Source: Eukaryota sp. TZLM1-RC
Taxonomy: Eukaryota > Protista > Metamonada: BaSk clade
Length of the DNA stretch: 64,000 nucleotides
Assembly (NCBI GenBank): GCA_040285825.1
Contig: JAUPSS010000009.1
Location: 744,001-808,000, forward strand
Direction: 5' to 3'
The notes beneath the pieces are model-generated. The model searched no databases, had not been told where the DNA came from, and saw only the letters and a program-made list of their open reading frames with translations. Below, in pieces: positions 22,200 through 33,213 of this stretch; the first letter of the stretch is position 1; each line of letters starts with the position of its first letter. A program made the position numbers and the translations under genes.

Positions 22200-22953
22200 A
22201 TGAAATCTACACACGTACTACATCCGTCCCTTGCTTCTATGGAAGTGGATGATGTTCTGTTGTTCCTACAACAGTGGAAGGTGTACTCTTCTGTTACACC
22301 GAAAAAGGACCTTGTTCCAGCAAGGCTCCTCGTTGACCCCTTCTTGTTAGAATCATTGGTTCTCACAAGACCTGGGGTCGATTCATCCGATGAGGTGTTT
22401 CTGGATCATTTAAGATCCTCCACCTCGTTTTCCTCGTACGAAGAATTCAACTTGGGGATGTCTGAGTTGAAGGTTGATGTCCGTAAGGGCGACGTCCGTG
22501 AACGTATGTCCTGCTACCTGAGACGTTTTTCTTCAGGCGAAAAGCAGGGCTTCCGGACTGAAGATGCCTGACTCAGCCTTCATGATCACGTTCGCCAAGG
22601 GTATTCTTTCATTAGGACTGCAGAAATCTCTGATTTCTCGAATTCGGGATGAGGTATTCCCCGATTTTCCTACATTGGTAAATACCGCAGAGGATGAACT
22701 ACTTGATTGCACGCGAGTAGCTTCTTGGAACAGCTCTTCAAAGACTGTTTCTGAAAATACCGACTCTGTGCGTCAAGCTGGTATGAAGTCTCGTTCATCC
22801 CATAGGTCTCGCAATTTGACTGAAGGGACATGTTTCAAATGTCACCAGAAAGGTCATCTAGCTCGTGATTGCCCCTCAAAAGTTAAGCACGAAGTCAATC
22901 ATTTACGCCACGTGCCTCAGTATCTCACAAATCCCCTTTCTTCATTATGCTAA
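22200..22953 (+). pseudogene. gag: Gag copy 13, frameshifted as assembled
   Basis: +1 in a T-run near 22528. Confidence 0.65.
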
Positions 22954-23159
22954 ATGGTTCACGAAACTGTTGAAAGAAAATGGGAAGAAGTAGTGTTGTT
23001 GTTACTGATTAACTATCTTGCTAGACAGATGAGGAATTTAAATGATGACGTGGCACTTGTTCAAAAACAAGTATTTCTATTAATAAATCTCTTTTCTTTC
23101 TTTTATTTCTTTTGGTATTTCTGCCTAACGGCATCAATAATTATTGGCCCTCATTGCAG

Positions 23160-23916
23160 ATGAAATCTACACACGTAATACATCCGTCCCTTGCTTCTAT
23201 GGAAGTGGATGATGTTCTGTTGTTCCTACAACAGTGGAAGGTGTACTCTTCTGTTACACCGAAAAAGGACCTTGTTCCAGCAAGGCTCCTCGTTGACCCC
23301 TTCTTGTTAGAATCATTGGTTCTCACAAGACCTGGGGGTCGATTCATCCGATGAGGTGTTTCTGGATCATTTAAGATCCTCCACCTCGTTTTCCTCGTAC
23401 GAAGAATTCAACTTGGGGATGTCTGAGTTGAAGGTTGATGTCCGTAAGGGCGACGTCCGTGAACGTATGTCCTGCTACCTGAGACGTTTTTCTTCAGGCG
23501 AAAAGCAGGGCTTCCGGACTGAAACAGCCTGACTCAGCCTTCATGATCAGGTTCGCCAAGGGTATTCTTCCATTAGGGACTGCAGAAATCTCTGATTTCT
23601 CGAATTCGGGATGAGGTATTCCCCGATTTTCCTACATTGGTAAATACCGCAGAGGATGAACTACTTGATTGCACGCGAGTAGCTTCTTGGAACAGCTCTT
23701 CAAAGACTGTTTCTGAAAATACCGACTCTGTGCGTCAAGCTGGTATGAAGTCTCGTTCATCCCATAGGTCTCGCAATTTGACTGAAGGGACATGTTTCAA
23801 AATGTCACCAGAAAGGTCATCTAGCTCGTGATTGCCCCTCAAAAGTTAAGCACGAAGTCAATCATTTACGCCACGTGCCTCAGTATCTCACAAATCCCCT
23901 TTCTTCATTATGCTAA
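23160..23916 (+). pseudogene. gag: Gag copy 14, several frameshifts as assembled
   Basis: Four homopolymer insertions. Confidence 0.65.
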
Positions 23917-24120
23917 ATGGTTCACGAAACTGTTGAAAGAAAATGGGAAGAAGTAGTGTTGTTGTTACTGATTAACTATCTTGCTAGACAGATGAGGAAT
24001 TTAAATGATGACGTGGCACTTGTTCAAAAACAAGTATTTCTATTAATAAATCTCTTTTCTTTCTTTATTTCTTTGGTATTTCTGCCTAACGGCATCAATA
24101 ATTATTGGCCCTCATTGCAG

Positions 24121-24874
24121 ATGAAATCTACACACGTACTACATCCGTCCCTTGCTTCTATGGAAGTGGATGATGTTCTGTTGTTCCTACAACAGTGGAA
24201 GGTGTACTCTTCTGTTACACCGAAAAAGGACCTTGTTCCAGCAAGGCTCCTCGTTGACCCCTTCTTGTTAGAATCATTGGTTCTCACAAGACCTGGGGTC
24301 GATTCATCCGATGAGGTGTTTCTGGATCATTTAAGATCCTCCACCTCGTTTTCCTCGTACGAAGAATTCAACTTGGGGATGTCTGAGTTGAAGGTTGATG
24401 TCCGTAAGGGCGACGTCCGTGAACGTATGTCCTGCTACCTGAGACGTTTTCTTCAGGCGAAAAGCAGGGCTTCCGGACTGAAACAGCCTGACTCAGCCTT
24501 CATGATCAGGTTCGCCAAGGGTATTCTTCCATTAGGACTGCAGAAATCTCTGATTTCTCGAATTCGGGATGAGGTATTCCCCGATTTTCCTACATTGGTA
24601 AATACCGCAGAGGATGAACTACTTGATTGCACGCGAGTAGCTTCTTGGAACAGCTCTTCAAAGACTGTTTCTGAAAATACCGACTCTGTGCGTCAAGCTG
24701 GTATGAAGTCTCGTTCATCCCATAGGTCTCGCAATTTGACTGAAGGGACATGTTTCAAAATGTCACCAGAAAGGTCATCTAGCTCGTGATTGCCCCTCAA
24801 AAGTTAAGCACGAAGTCAATCATTTACGCCACGTGCCTCAGTATCTCACAAATCCCCTTTCTTCATTATGCTAA
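24121..24874 (+). pseudogene. gag: Gag copy 15, frameshifted as assembled
   Basis: +1 in an A-run near 24758. Confidence 0.65.
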
Positions 24875-25079
24875 ATGGTTCACGAAACTGTTGAAAGAAA
24901 ATGGGAAGAAGTAGTGTTGTTGTTACTGATTAACTATCTTGCTAGACAGATGAGGAATTTAAATGATGACGTGGCACTTGTTCAAAAACAAGTATTTCTA
25001 TTAATAAATCTCTTTTTCTTTCTTTATTTCTTTGGTATTTCTGCCTAACGGCATCAATAATTATTGGCCCTCATTGCAG

Positions 25080-25832
25080 ATGAAATCTACACACGTACTA
25101 CATCCGTCCCTTGCTTCTATGGAAGTGGATGATGTTCTGTTGTTCCTACAACAGTGGAAGGTGTACTCTTCTGTTACACCGAAAAAGGACCTTGTTCCAG
25201 CAAGGCTCCTCGTTGACCCCTTCTTGTTAGAATCATTGGTTCTCACAAGACCTGGGGTCGATTCATCCGATGAGGTGTTTCTGGATCATTTAAGATCCTC
25301 CACCTCGTTTTCCTCGTACGAAGAATTCAACTTGGGGATGTCTGAGTTGAAGGTTGATGTTCGTAAGGGGGACGTCCGTGAACGTATGTCCTGCTACCTG
25401 AGACGTTTTCTTCAGGCGAAAAGCAGGGCTTCCGGACTGAAGATGCCTGACTCAGCCTTCATGATCACGTTCGCCAAGGGTATTCTTTCATTAGGACTGC
25501 AGAAATCTCTGATGTCTCGAATTCGGGATGAGGTATTCCCCGATTTTCCTACATTGGTAAATACCGCAGAGGATGAACTACTTGATTGCACGCGAGTAGC
25601 TTCTTGGAACAGCTCTTCAAAGACTGTTTCTGAAAATACCGACTCTGTGCGTCAAGCTGGTATGAAGTCTCGTTCATCCCATAGGTCTCGCAATTTGACT
25701 GAAGGGACATGTTTCAAATGTCACCAGAAAGGTCATCTAGCTCGTGATTGCCCCTCAAAAGTTAAGCACGAAGTCAATCATTTACGCCACGTGCCTCAGT
25801 ATCTCACAAATCCCCTTTCTTCATTATGCTAA
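25080..25832 (+). CDS. gag: Gag-like protein, copy 16 (intact)
   Basis: As copy 1. Confidence 0.8.
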   Translation: MKSTHVLHPSLASMEVDDVLLFLQQWKVYSSVTPKKDLVPARLLVDPFLLESLVLTRPGVDSSDEVFLDHLRSSTSFSSYEEFNLGMSELKVDVRKGDVRERMSCYLRRFLQAKSRASGLKMPDSAFMITFAKGILSLGLQKSLMSRIRDEVFPDFPTLVNTAEDELLDCTRVASWNSSSKTVSENTDSVRQAGMKSRSSHRSRNLTEGTCFKCHQKGHLARDCPSKVKHEVNHLRHVPQYLTNPLSSLC

Positions 25833-26037
25833 ATGGTTCACGAAACTGTTGAAAGAAAATGGGAAGAAGTAGTGTTGTTGTTACTGATTAACTATCTTGC
25901 TAGACAGATGAGGAATTTAAATGATGACGTGGCACTTGTTCAAAAACAAGTATTTCTATTAATAAATCTCTTTTCTTTCTTTATTTCTTTTGGTATTTCT
26001 GCCTAACGGCATCAATAATTATTGGCCCTCATTGCAG

Positions 26038-26791
26038 ATGAAATCTACACACGTACTACATCCGTCCCTTGCTTCTATGGAAGTGGATGATGTTCTGTTG
26101 TTCCTACAACAGTGGAAGGTGTACTCTTCTGTTACACCGAAAAAGGACCTTGTTCCAGCAAGGCTCCTCGTTGACCCCCTTCTTGTTAGAATCATTGGTT
26201 CTCACAAGACCTGGGGTCGATTCATCCGATGAGGTGTTTCTGGATCATTTAAGATCCTCCACCTCGTTTTCCTCGTACGAAGAATTCAACTTGGGGATGT
26301 CTGAGTTGAAGGTTGATGTCCGTAAGGGCGACGTCCGTGAACGTATGTCCTGCTACCTGAGACGTTTTCTTCAGGCGAAAAGCAGGGCTTCCGGACTGAA
26401 GATGCCTGACTCAGCCTTCATGATCACGTTCGCCAAGGGTATTCTTTCATTAGGACTGCAGAAATCTCTGATGTCTCGAATTCGGGATGAGGTATTCCCC
26501 GATTTTCCTACATTGGTAAATACCGCAGAGGATGAACTACTTGATTGCACGCGAGTAGCTTCTTGGAACAGCTCTTCAAAGACTGTTTCTGAAAATACCG
26601 ACTCTGTGCGTCAAGCTGGTATGAAGTCTCGTTCATCCCATAGGTCTCGCAATTTGACTGAAGGGACATGTTTCAAATGTCACCAGAAAGGTCATCTAGC
26701 TCGTGATTGCCCCTCAAAAGTTAAGCACGAAGTCAATCATTTACGCCACGTGCCTCAGTATCTCACAAATCCCCTTTCTTCATTATGCTAA
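26038..26791 (+). pseudogene. gag: Gag copy 17, frameshifted as assembled
   Basis: +1 in a C-run near 26177. Confidence 0.65.
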
Positions 26792-26995
26792 ATGGTTCAC
26801 GAAACTGTTGAAAGAAAATGGGAAGAAGTAGTGTTGTTGTTACTGATCAACTATCTTGCTAGACAGATGAGGAATTTACATGATGACGTGGCACTTGTTC
26901 AAAAACAAGTATTTCTATTAATAAATCTCTTTTCTTTCTTTATTTCTTTGGTATTTCTGCCTAACGGCATCAATAATTATTGGCCCTCATTGCAG

Positions 26996-27750
26996 ATGAA
27001 ATCTACACACGTACTACATCCTTCCCTTGCTTCTATGGAAGTGGATGATGTTCTGTTGTTCCTACAACAGTGGAAGGTGTACTTTTCTGTTACACCGAAA
27101 AAGGACCTTGTTCCAGCAAGGCTCCTCGTTGACCCCTTCTTGTTAGAATCATTGGTTCTCACAAGACCTGGGGTCGATTCATCAGATGAGGTGTTTTTGG
27201 ATCATTTAAGATCCTCCACCTCGTTTTCCTCGTACGAAGAATTCAACTTGGGGATGTCTGAGTTGAAGGTTGATGTCCGTAAGGGCGACGTCCGTGAACG
27301 TATGTCCTGCTACCTGAGACGTTTTCTTCAGGCGAAAAGCAGGGCTTCCGGACTGAAACAGCCTGACTCAGCCTTCATGATCAGGTTCGCCAAGGGTATT
27401 CTTCCATTAGGACTGCAGAAATCTCTGATTTCTCGAATTCGGGATGAGGTATTCCCCCGATTTTTCCTACATTGGTAAATACCGCAGAGGATGAACTACT
27501 TGATTGCACGCGAGTAGCTTCTTGGAACAGCTCTTCAAAGACTGTTTCTGAAAATACCGACTCTGTGCGTCAAGCTGGTATGAAGTCTCGTTCATCCCAT
27601 AGGTCTCGCAATTTGACTGAAGGGACATGTTTCAAATGTCACCAGAAAGGTCATCTAGCTCGTGATTGCCCCTCAAAAGTTAAGCACGAAGTCAATCATT
27701 TACGCCACGTGCCTCAGTATCTCACAAATCCCCTTTCTTCATTATGCTAA
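26996..27750 (+). pseudogene. gag: Gag copy 18, frameshifted as assembled
   Basis: +2 in C/T runs near 27455-27465. Confidence 0.65.
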
Positions 27751-27954
27751 ATGGTTCACGAAACTGTTGAAAGAAAATGGGAAGAAGTAGTGTTGTTGTT
27801 ACTGATTAACTATTTTGCTAGACAGATGAGGAATTTAAATGATGACGTGGCACTTGTTCAAAAACAAGTATTTCTATTAATAAATCTCTTTTCTTTCTTT
27901 ATTTCTTTGGTATTTCTGCCTAACGGCATCAATAATTATTGGCCCTCATTGCAG

Positions 27955-28707
27955 ATGAAATCTACACACGTAATACATCCGTCCCTTGCTTCTATGGAAG
28001 TGGATGATGTTCTGTTGTTCCTACAACAGTGGAAGGTGTACTCTTCTGTTACACCGAAAAAGGACCTTGTTCCAGCAAGGCTCCTCGTTGACCCCTTCTT
28101 GTTAGAATCATTGGTTCTCACAAGACCTGGGGTCGATTCATCCGATGAGGTGTTTCTGGATCATTTAAGATCCTCCACCTCGTTTTCCTCGTACGAAGAA
28201 TTCAACTTGGGGATGTCTGAGTTGAAGGTTGATGTCCGTAAGGGCGACGTCCGTGAACGTATGTCCTGCTACCTGAGACGTTTTCTTCAGGCGAAAAGCA
28301 GGGCTTCCGGACCGAAACAGCCTGACTCAGCCTTCATGATCAGGTTCGCCAAGGGTATTCTTCCATTAGGACTGCAGAAATCTCTGATTTCTCGAATTCG
28401 GGATGAGGTATTCCCCGATTTTCCTACATTGGTAAATACCGCAGAGGATGAACTACTTGATTGCACGCGAGTAGCTTCTTGGAACAGCTCTTCAAAGACT
28501 GTTTCTGAAAATACCGACTCTGTGCGTCAAGCTGGTATGAAGTCTCGTTCATCCCATAGGTCTCGCAATTTGACTGAAGGGACATGTTTCAAATGTCACC
28601 AGAAAGGTCATCTAGCTCGTGATTGCCCCTCAAAAGTTAAGCACGAAGTCAATCATTTACGCCACGTGCCTCAGTATCTCACAAATCCCCTTTCTTCATT
28701 ATGCTAA
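27955..28707 (+). CDS. gag: Gag-like protein, copy 19 (intact)
   Basis: As copy 1. Confidence 0.8.
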   Translation: MKSTHVIHPSLASMEVDDVLLFLQQWKVYSSVTPKKDLVPARLLVDPFLLESLVLTRPGVDSSDEVFLDHLRSSTSFSSYEEFNLGMSELKVDVRKGDVRERMSCYLRRFLQAKSRASGPKQPDSAFMIRFAKGILPLGLQKSLISRIRDEVFPDFPTLVNTAEDELLDCTRVASWNSSSKTVSENTDSVRQAGMKSRSSHRSRNLTEGTCFKCHQKGHLARDCPSKVKHEVNHLRHVPQYLTNPLSSLC

Positions 28708-28911
28708 ATGGTTCACGAAACTGTTGAAAGAAAATGGGAAGAAGTAGTGTTGTTGTTACTGATTAACTATCTTGCTAGACAGATGAGGAATTTAAATGAT
28801 GACGTGGCACTTGTTCAAAAACAAGTATTTCTATTAATAAATCTCTTTTCTTTCTTTATTTCTTTGGTATTTCTGCCTAACGGCATCAATAATTATTGGC
28901 CCTCATTGCAG

Positions 28912-29664
28912 ATGAAATCTACACACGTACTACATCCGTCCCTTGCTTCTATGGAAGTGGATGATGTTCTGTTGTTCCTACAACAGTGGAAGGTGTACTC
29001 TTCTGTTACACCGAAAAAGGACCTTGTTCCAGCAAGGCTCCTCGTTGACCCCTTCTTGTTAGAATCATTGGTTCTCACAAGACCTGGGGTCGATTCATCC
29101 GATGAGGTGTTTCTGGATCATTTAAGATCCTCCACCTCGTTTTCCTCGTACGAAGAATTCAACTTGGGGATGTCTGAGTTGAAGGTTGATGTCCGTAAGG
29201 GCGACGTCCGTGAACGTATGTCCTGCTACCTGAGACGTTTTCTTCAGGCGAAAAGCAGGGCTTCCGGACTGAAGATGCCTGACTCAGCCTTCATGATCAC
29301 GTTCGCCAAGGGTATTCTTTCATTAGGACTGCAGAAATCTCTGATGTCTCGAATTCGGGATGAGGTATTCCCCGATTTTCCTACATTGGTAAATACCGCA
29401 GAGGATGAACAACTTGATTGCACGCGAGTAGCTTCTTGGAACAGCTCTTCAAAGACTGTTTCTGAAAATACCGACTCTGTGCGTCAAGCTGGTATGAAGT
29501 CTCGTTCATCCCATAGGTCTCGCAATTTGACTGAAGGGACATGTTTCAAATGTCACCAGAAAGGTCATCTAGCTCGTGATTGCCCCTCAAAAGTTAAGCA
29601 CGAAGTCAATCATTTACGCCACGTGCCTCAGTATCTCACAAATCCCCTTTCTTCATTATGCTAA
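28912..29664 (+). CDS. gag: Gag-like protein, copy 20 (intact)
   Basis: As copy 1. Confidence 0.8.
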   Translation: MKSTHVLHPSLASMEVDDVLLFLQQWKVYSSVTPKKDLVPARLLVDPFLLESLVLTRPGVDSSDEVFLDHLRSSTSFSSYEEFNLGMSELKVDVRKGDVRERMSCYLRRFLQAKSRASGLKMPDSAFMITFAKGILSLGLQKSLMSRIRDEVFPDFPTLVNTAEDEQLDCTRVASWNSSSKTVSENTDSVRQAGMKSRSSHRSRNLTEGTCFKCHQKGHLARDCPSKVKHEVNHLRHVPQYLTNPLSSLC

Positions 29665-29868
29665 ATGGTTCACGAAACTGTTGAAAGAAAATGGGAAGAA
29701 GTAGTGTTGTTGTTACTGATTAACTATTTTGCTAGACAGATGAGGAATTTAAATGATGACGTGGCACTTGTTCAAAAACAAGTATTTCTATTAATAAATC
29801 TCTTTTCTTTCTTTATTTCTTTGGTATTTCTGCCTAACGGCATCAATAATTATTGGCCCTCATTGCAG

Positions 29869-30621
29869 ATGAAATCTACACACGTAATACATCCGTCCCT
29901 TGCTTCTATGGAAGTGGATGATGTTCTGTTGTTCCTACAACAGTGGAAGGTGTACTCTTCTGTTACACCGAAAAAGGACCTTGTTCCAGCAAGGCTCCTC
30001 GTTGACCCCTTCTTGTTAGAATCATTGGTTCTCACAAGACCTGGGGTCGATTCATCCGATGAGGTGTTTCTGGATCATTTAAGATCCTCTACCTCGTTTT
30101 CCTCGTACGAAGAATTCAACTTGGGGATGTCTGAGTTGAAGGTTGATGTCCGTAAGGGCGACGTCCGTGAACGTATGTCCTGCTACCTGAGACGTTTTCT
30201 TCAGGCGAAAAGCAGGGCTTCCGGACTGAAACAGCCTGACTCAGCCTTCATGATCAGGTTCGCCAAGGGTATTTTTCCATTAGGACTGCAGAAATCTCTG
30301 ATTTCTCGAATTCGGGATGAGGTATTCCCCGATTTTCCTACATTGGTAAATACCGCAGAGGATGAACTACTTGATTGCACGCGAGTAGCTTCTTGGAACA
30401 GGTCTTCAAAGACTGTTTCTGAAAATACCGACTCTGTGCGTCAAGCTGGTATGAAGTCTCGTTCATCCCATTGGTCTCGCAATTTGACTGAAGGGACATG
30501 TTTTAAATGTCACCAGAAAGGTCATCTAGCTCGTGATTGCCCCTCAAAAGTTAAGCACGAAGTCAATCATTTACGCCACGTGCCTCAGTATCTCACAAAT
30601 CCCCTTTCTTCATTATGCTAA
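29869..30621 (+). CDS. gag: Gag-like protein, copy 21 (intact)
   Basis: As copy 1. Confidence 0.8.
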   Translation: MKSTHVIHPSLASMEVDDVLLFLQQWKVYSSVTPKKDLVPARLLVDPFLLESLVLTRPGVDSSDEVFLDHLRSSTSFSSYEEFNLGMSELKVDVRKGDVRERMSCYLRRFLQAKSRASGLKQPDSAFMIRFAKGIFPLGLQKSLISRIRDEVFPDFPTLVNTAEDELLDCTRVASWNRSSKTVSENTDSVRQAGMKSRSSHWSRNLTEGTCFKCHQKGHLARDCPSKVKHEVNHLRHVPQYLTNPLSSLC

Positions 30622-30661
30622 ATGGTTCACGAAACTGTTGAAAGAAAATGGGAAGAAGTAG

Positions 30662-30802
30662 TGTTGTTGTTACTGATTAACTATCTTGCTAGACAGATGA
30701 GGAATTTACATGATGACGTGGCACTTGTTCAAAACCAAGTATTTCTATTAATAAATCTCTTTTCTCTCTTTACTTCTTTGGTATTTCTGCCTAACGGCAT
30801 CA
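30662..30802 (+). repeat. 3'-most LTR (141 bp)
   Basis: TG...CA, followed by TSD CAAT and unique sequence. Confidence 0.9.
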
Positions 30803-31915
30803 CAATAATGTTATTGCTGATTTGAACGCCGACTTCTGAAAAAAGGAGGGCTTTAAAACATGCAAATTTTTAATTTTTCGACACAATGTTTTCCGTGCCC
30901 CAATAATTTGTTTAATGATTTAAGTTGTAGGTAAACCTCTTTTAATTACTCAACTTTTTATTACACTGTTAGGGCATTACAATAGAGCATCTATGCGTCT
31001 CACAACAGGTGCTACATTGAACTTTCCATTTTGTTTTCGCGGCCTACATAGAAACTTCACTATTGTATGAACATAAACATCATTGTGCGATTCAAAATGG
31101 AGATTAGTTGACAATCGAACTCGGTACCTACAAATGCAAAATATCGAAATCATTCACCGTTTTCAGCATCAATATTTTAAAATATCACATCAACATCCAA
31201 CTTCCTTTCAGATTCAGTATGTTCATAGAAAATTGTACAGGAAACCGACTTGTTATTGTTGGCTCCTGGCCAAATTGAGTTATAAGAAATGTATTTACAG
31301 GCATCACGTGATGCCACGTCATCATGTCTTTATTTAGATTGAAGACATATCGTTGGTCCTTAAGTAAAATCTATACGGCGATTGTTCTATGAAAAATAAA
31401 GAATTTCGCAAATTATAGTTCACACAGAAGTGATTCAACACTTTTCATGTTCAGTGTGCCCACCTAATGTGTTTCCTGTTATAGACCATTTCCCCTTTCA
31501 AAACAATCCTTATTGATCAGCTCTAGAATGGTTTGGTAAAGGTTGAATTTCTTACTTTTTCACAACTATATTTAACAATTCACATCTCAGTAATAAATCA
31601 TCTAATGAATAATAAATGATTATTTGAATCATATTATGCTGTCAAAACACTTTTGTCGACAGGTCTCTCTTTATAGCCGAAATTGTTTAATGTCGAAGTT
31701 GAATTTCGTCAGAGTGGGAATTTAGTTACATGTAAATCCAATTGTTTTTGAAGTTGTTAACTTATGCACTATGAGGATCTCTCGTTTTAAGTATTTGGCG
31801 TAACATATACTATCAATTGTTTCTTCAAGTGAGCGTGCTTTGACAACGCGGTAAAATAAAATGAAAATCACTGTTCTTTATATGAAAATATGATATATCC
31901 CAAATTAGAATTAAA

Positions 31916-32575
31916 TTATTCAGCAACTGACTCAATATCACTTTCAGGAATTGGTAGAAACTCTTCCCCAGGGTAATGATTACTGACGTTAGTAGATTTT
32001 GCAGATAAAAATGCACCCAAAATGAACAAATCACCAATAGTTTCTACCAACCATCTATAATGATTTGGAGGGAAAAAATCTGCTACCAGACAAATTATTG
32101 AGCCAATCGCAAACTTGGAGTTGCCGAATTTGATGCCCAATTGTACTGCATAAAGCACAAAAAAGACTGCGCCCATATGCTGAACTGGTGATACCAACAA
32201 GAATTCAAATGGAAACTCTTCTTGCAAGAATTGAAGTTCCTCCTGACTAGCACCTTGGAGAGGATTGCTAATCATGCTGAGTATCCCAAGTGTAGCTGAC
32301 ACATGACAACAAAGGCTAATAGAAATCCTGAACATTGCTTTATCGCAATTATAGAGTTTCTTCACTTTTGAAGCAATCACAAGAAAGATAGTTGTTGTCA
32401 CTAGATATATAAGCAATCGAAAGATGGGCAAAAGGGGAAATAATCCTGTCAGCATCTTCAAAACCGATGTGGTAGTTCCAAGAACACGAATGGATCCAAG
32501 ATCCAAATTGGTGACAGATCCAACTGTGGTTGTGGTTTCGATAGCTATGTTGAGATCAATCAAGATTTTAGACAT
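31916..32575 (-). CDS. Hypothetical multi-pass membrane protein (about 219 aa)
   Basis: Open frame from ATG 32575 with 4-5 hydrophobic segments and an acidic tail; no family recognised. Confidence 0.55.
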   Translation of the reverse strand: MSKILIDLNIAIETTTTVGSVTNLDLGSIRVLGTTTSVLKMLTGLFPLLPIFRLLIYLVTTTIFLVIASKVKKLYNCDKAMFRISISLCCHVSATLGILSMISNPLQGASQEELQFLQEEFPFEFLLVSPVQHMGAVFFVLYAVQLGIKFGNSKFAIGSIICLVADFFPPNHYRWLVETIGDLFILGAFLSAKSTNVSNHYPGEEFLPIPESDIESVAE

Positions 32576-32679
32576 TACGATTGTGCATCTGACCAAAAAT
32601 ATCGAAAATCTGGTAAACAATTGAAGAAGTTCGACCTCCTTCACAAAAAATTCGTTTTAAAGCAACTCAATGGCACTAT

Positions 32680-32830
32680 TCCCAAAAGAATTATTTAAAC
32701 TTAAAATACAGTCTCCGAACATTACAGAAAGGACTGACTGGAATGTATGAAATTGATCTTTATATAAATTAATGCAGCTCGGCTGTTTTAAATCAAGATC
32801 TCTGCACATTGTTATTGGAAAACTCCAGTT
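32680..32830 (+). mobile_element. Short fragment of non-LTR family B
   Basis: 'cgaacattacagaaag..tgactggaatgtatgaaa' matches about 36550 and, reversed, about 48800. Confidence 0.55.
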
Positions 32831-33002
32831 ATGAGTTGATTTTGCTCACTGTAGACATGGGCTGTAGTGTGGTCTGGTGTTGTGTTTTTATCGATTCTTA
32901 TACGTTTTATTTCGTATACTAGTAATCACCATAAAGGTGCATAATCTTGGTCAATGTGTGAATTGTATTGAGACACATTCCCAATCTGCAGCAACCTGTA
33001 GG

Positions 33003-33025
33003 TTGATTGATTGATTGATTGATTG
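33003..33025. repeat. (TTGA)n microsatellite
   Basis: ttgattgattgattgattgattg. Confidence 0.8.
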
Positions 33026-33213
33026 GTGTATCAGATTTTGATTGAATGAGAAAACAGTTATGAATGTGTATTTGTATAAATAATATCCATTGAACTACAT
33101 TTCAAATAAATTGAAGAAACTAAAATAAAGACTAATTGTAAAACTAATAAAATAAAAAACTAGAAATTCAAAAAAATTAAACATTGAAAAAACCGCAAAA
33201 AAATACAACCTGT

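Larger units (their letters stand above)
10545..30802 (+). mobile_element. Tandem array of a non-autonomous Gag-only LTR retrotransposon: 22 LTRs and 21 internal regions, 957-bp period, single CAAT target-site duplication
   Basis: Begins TGTTGTTGTTA and ends TAACGGCATCA; CAAT at 10541-10544 and 30803-30806; each unit is 141-bp LTR + leader + 250-aa Gag with CFKCHQKGHLARDC + purine tract GAAAGAAAATGGGAAGAAGTAG abutting the next LTR; no PR/RT/IN. Confidence 0.92.

Noticed and set aside
10545-30802. CRISPR-like or diversity-generating array
   Set aside because: Units are near-identical with no unique spacers or hypervariable segment; LTR, PPT and TSD explain the structure
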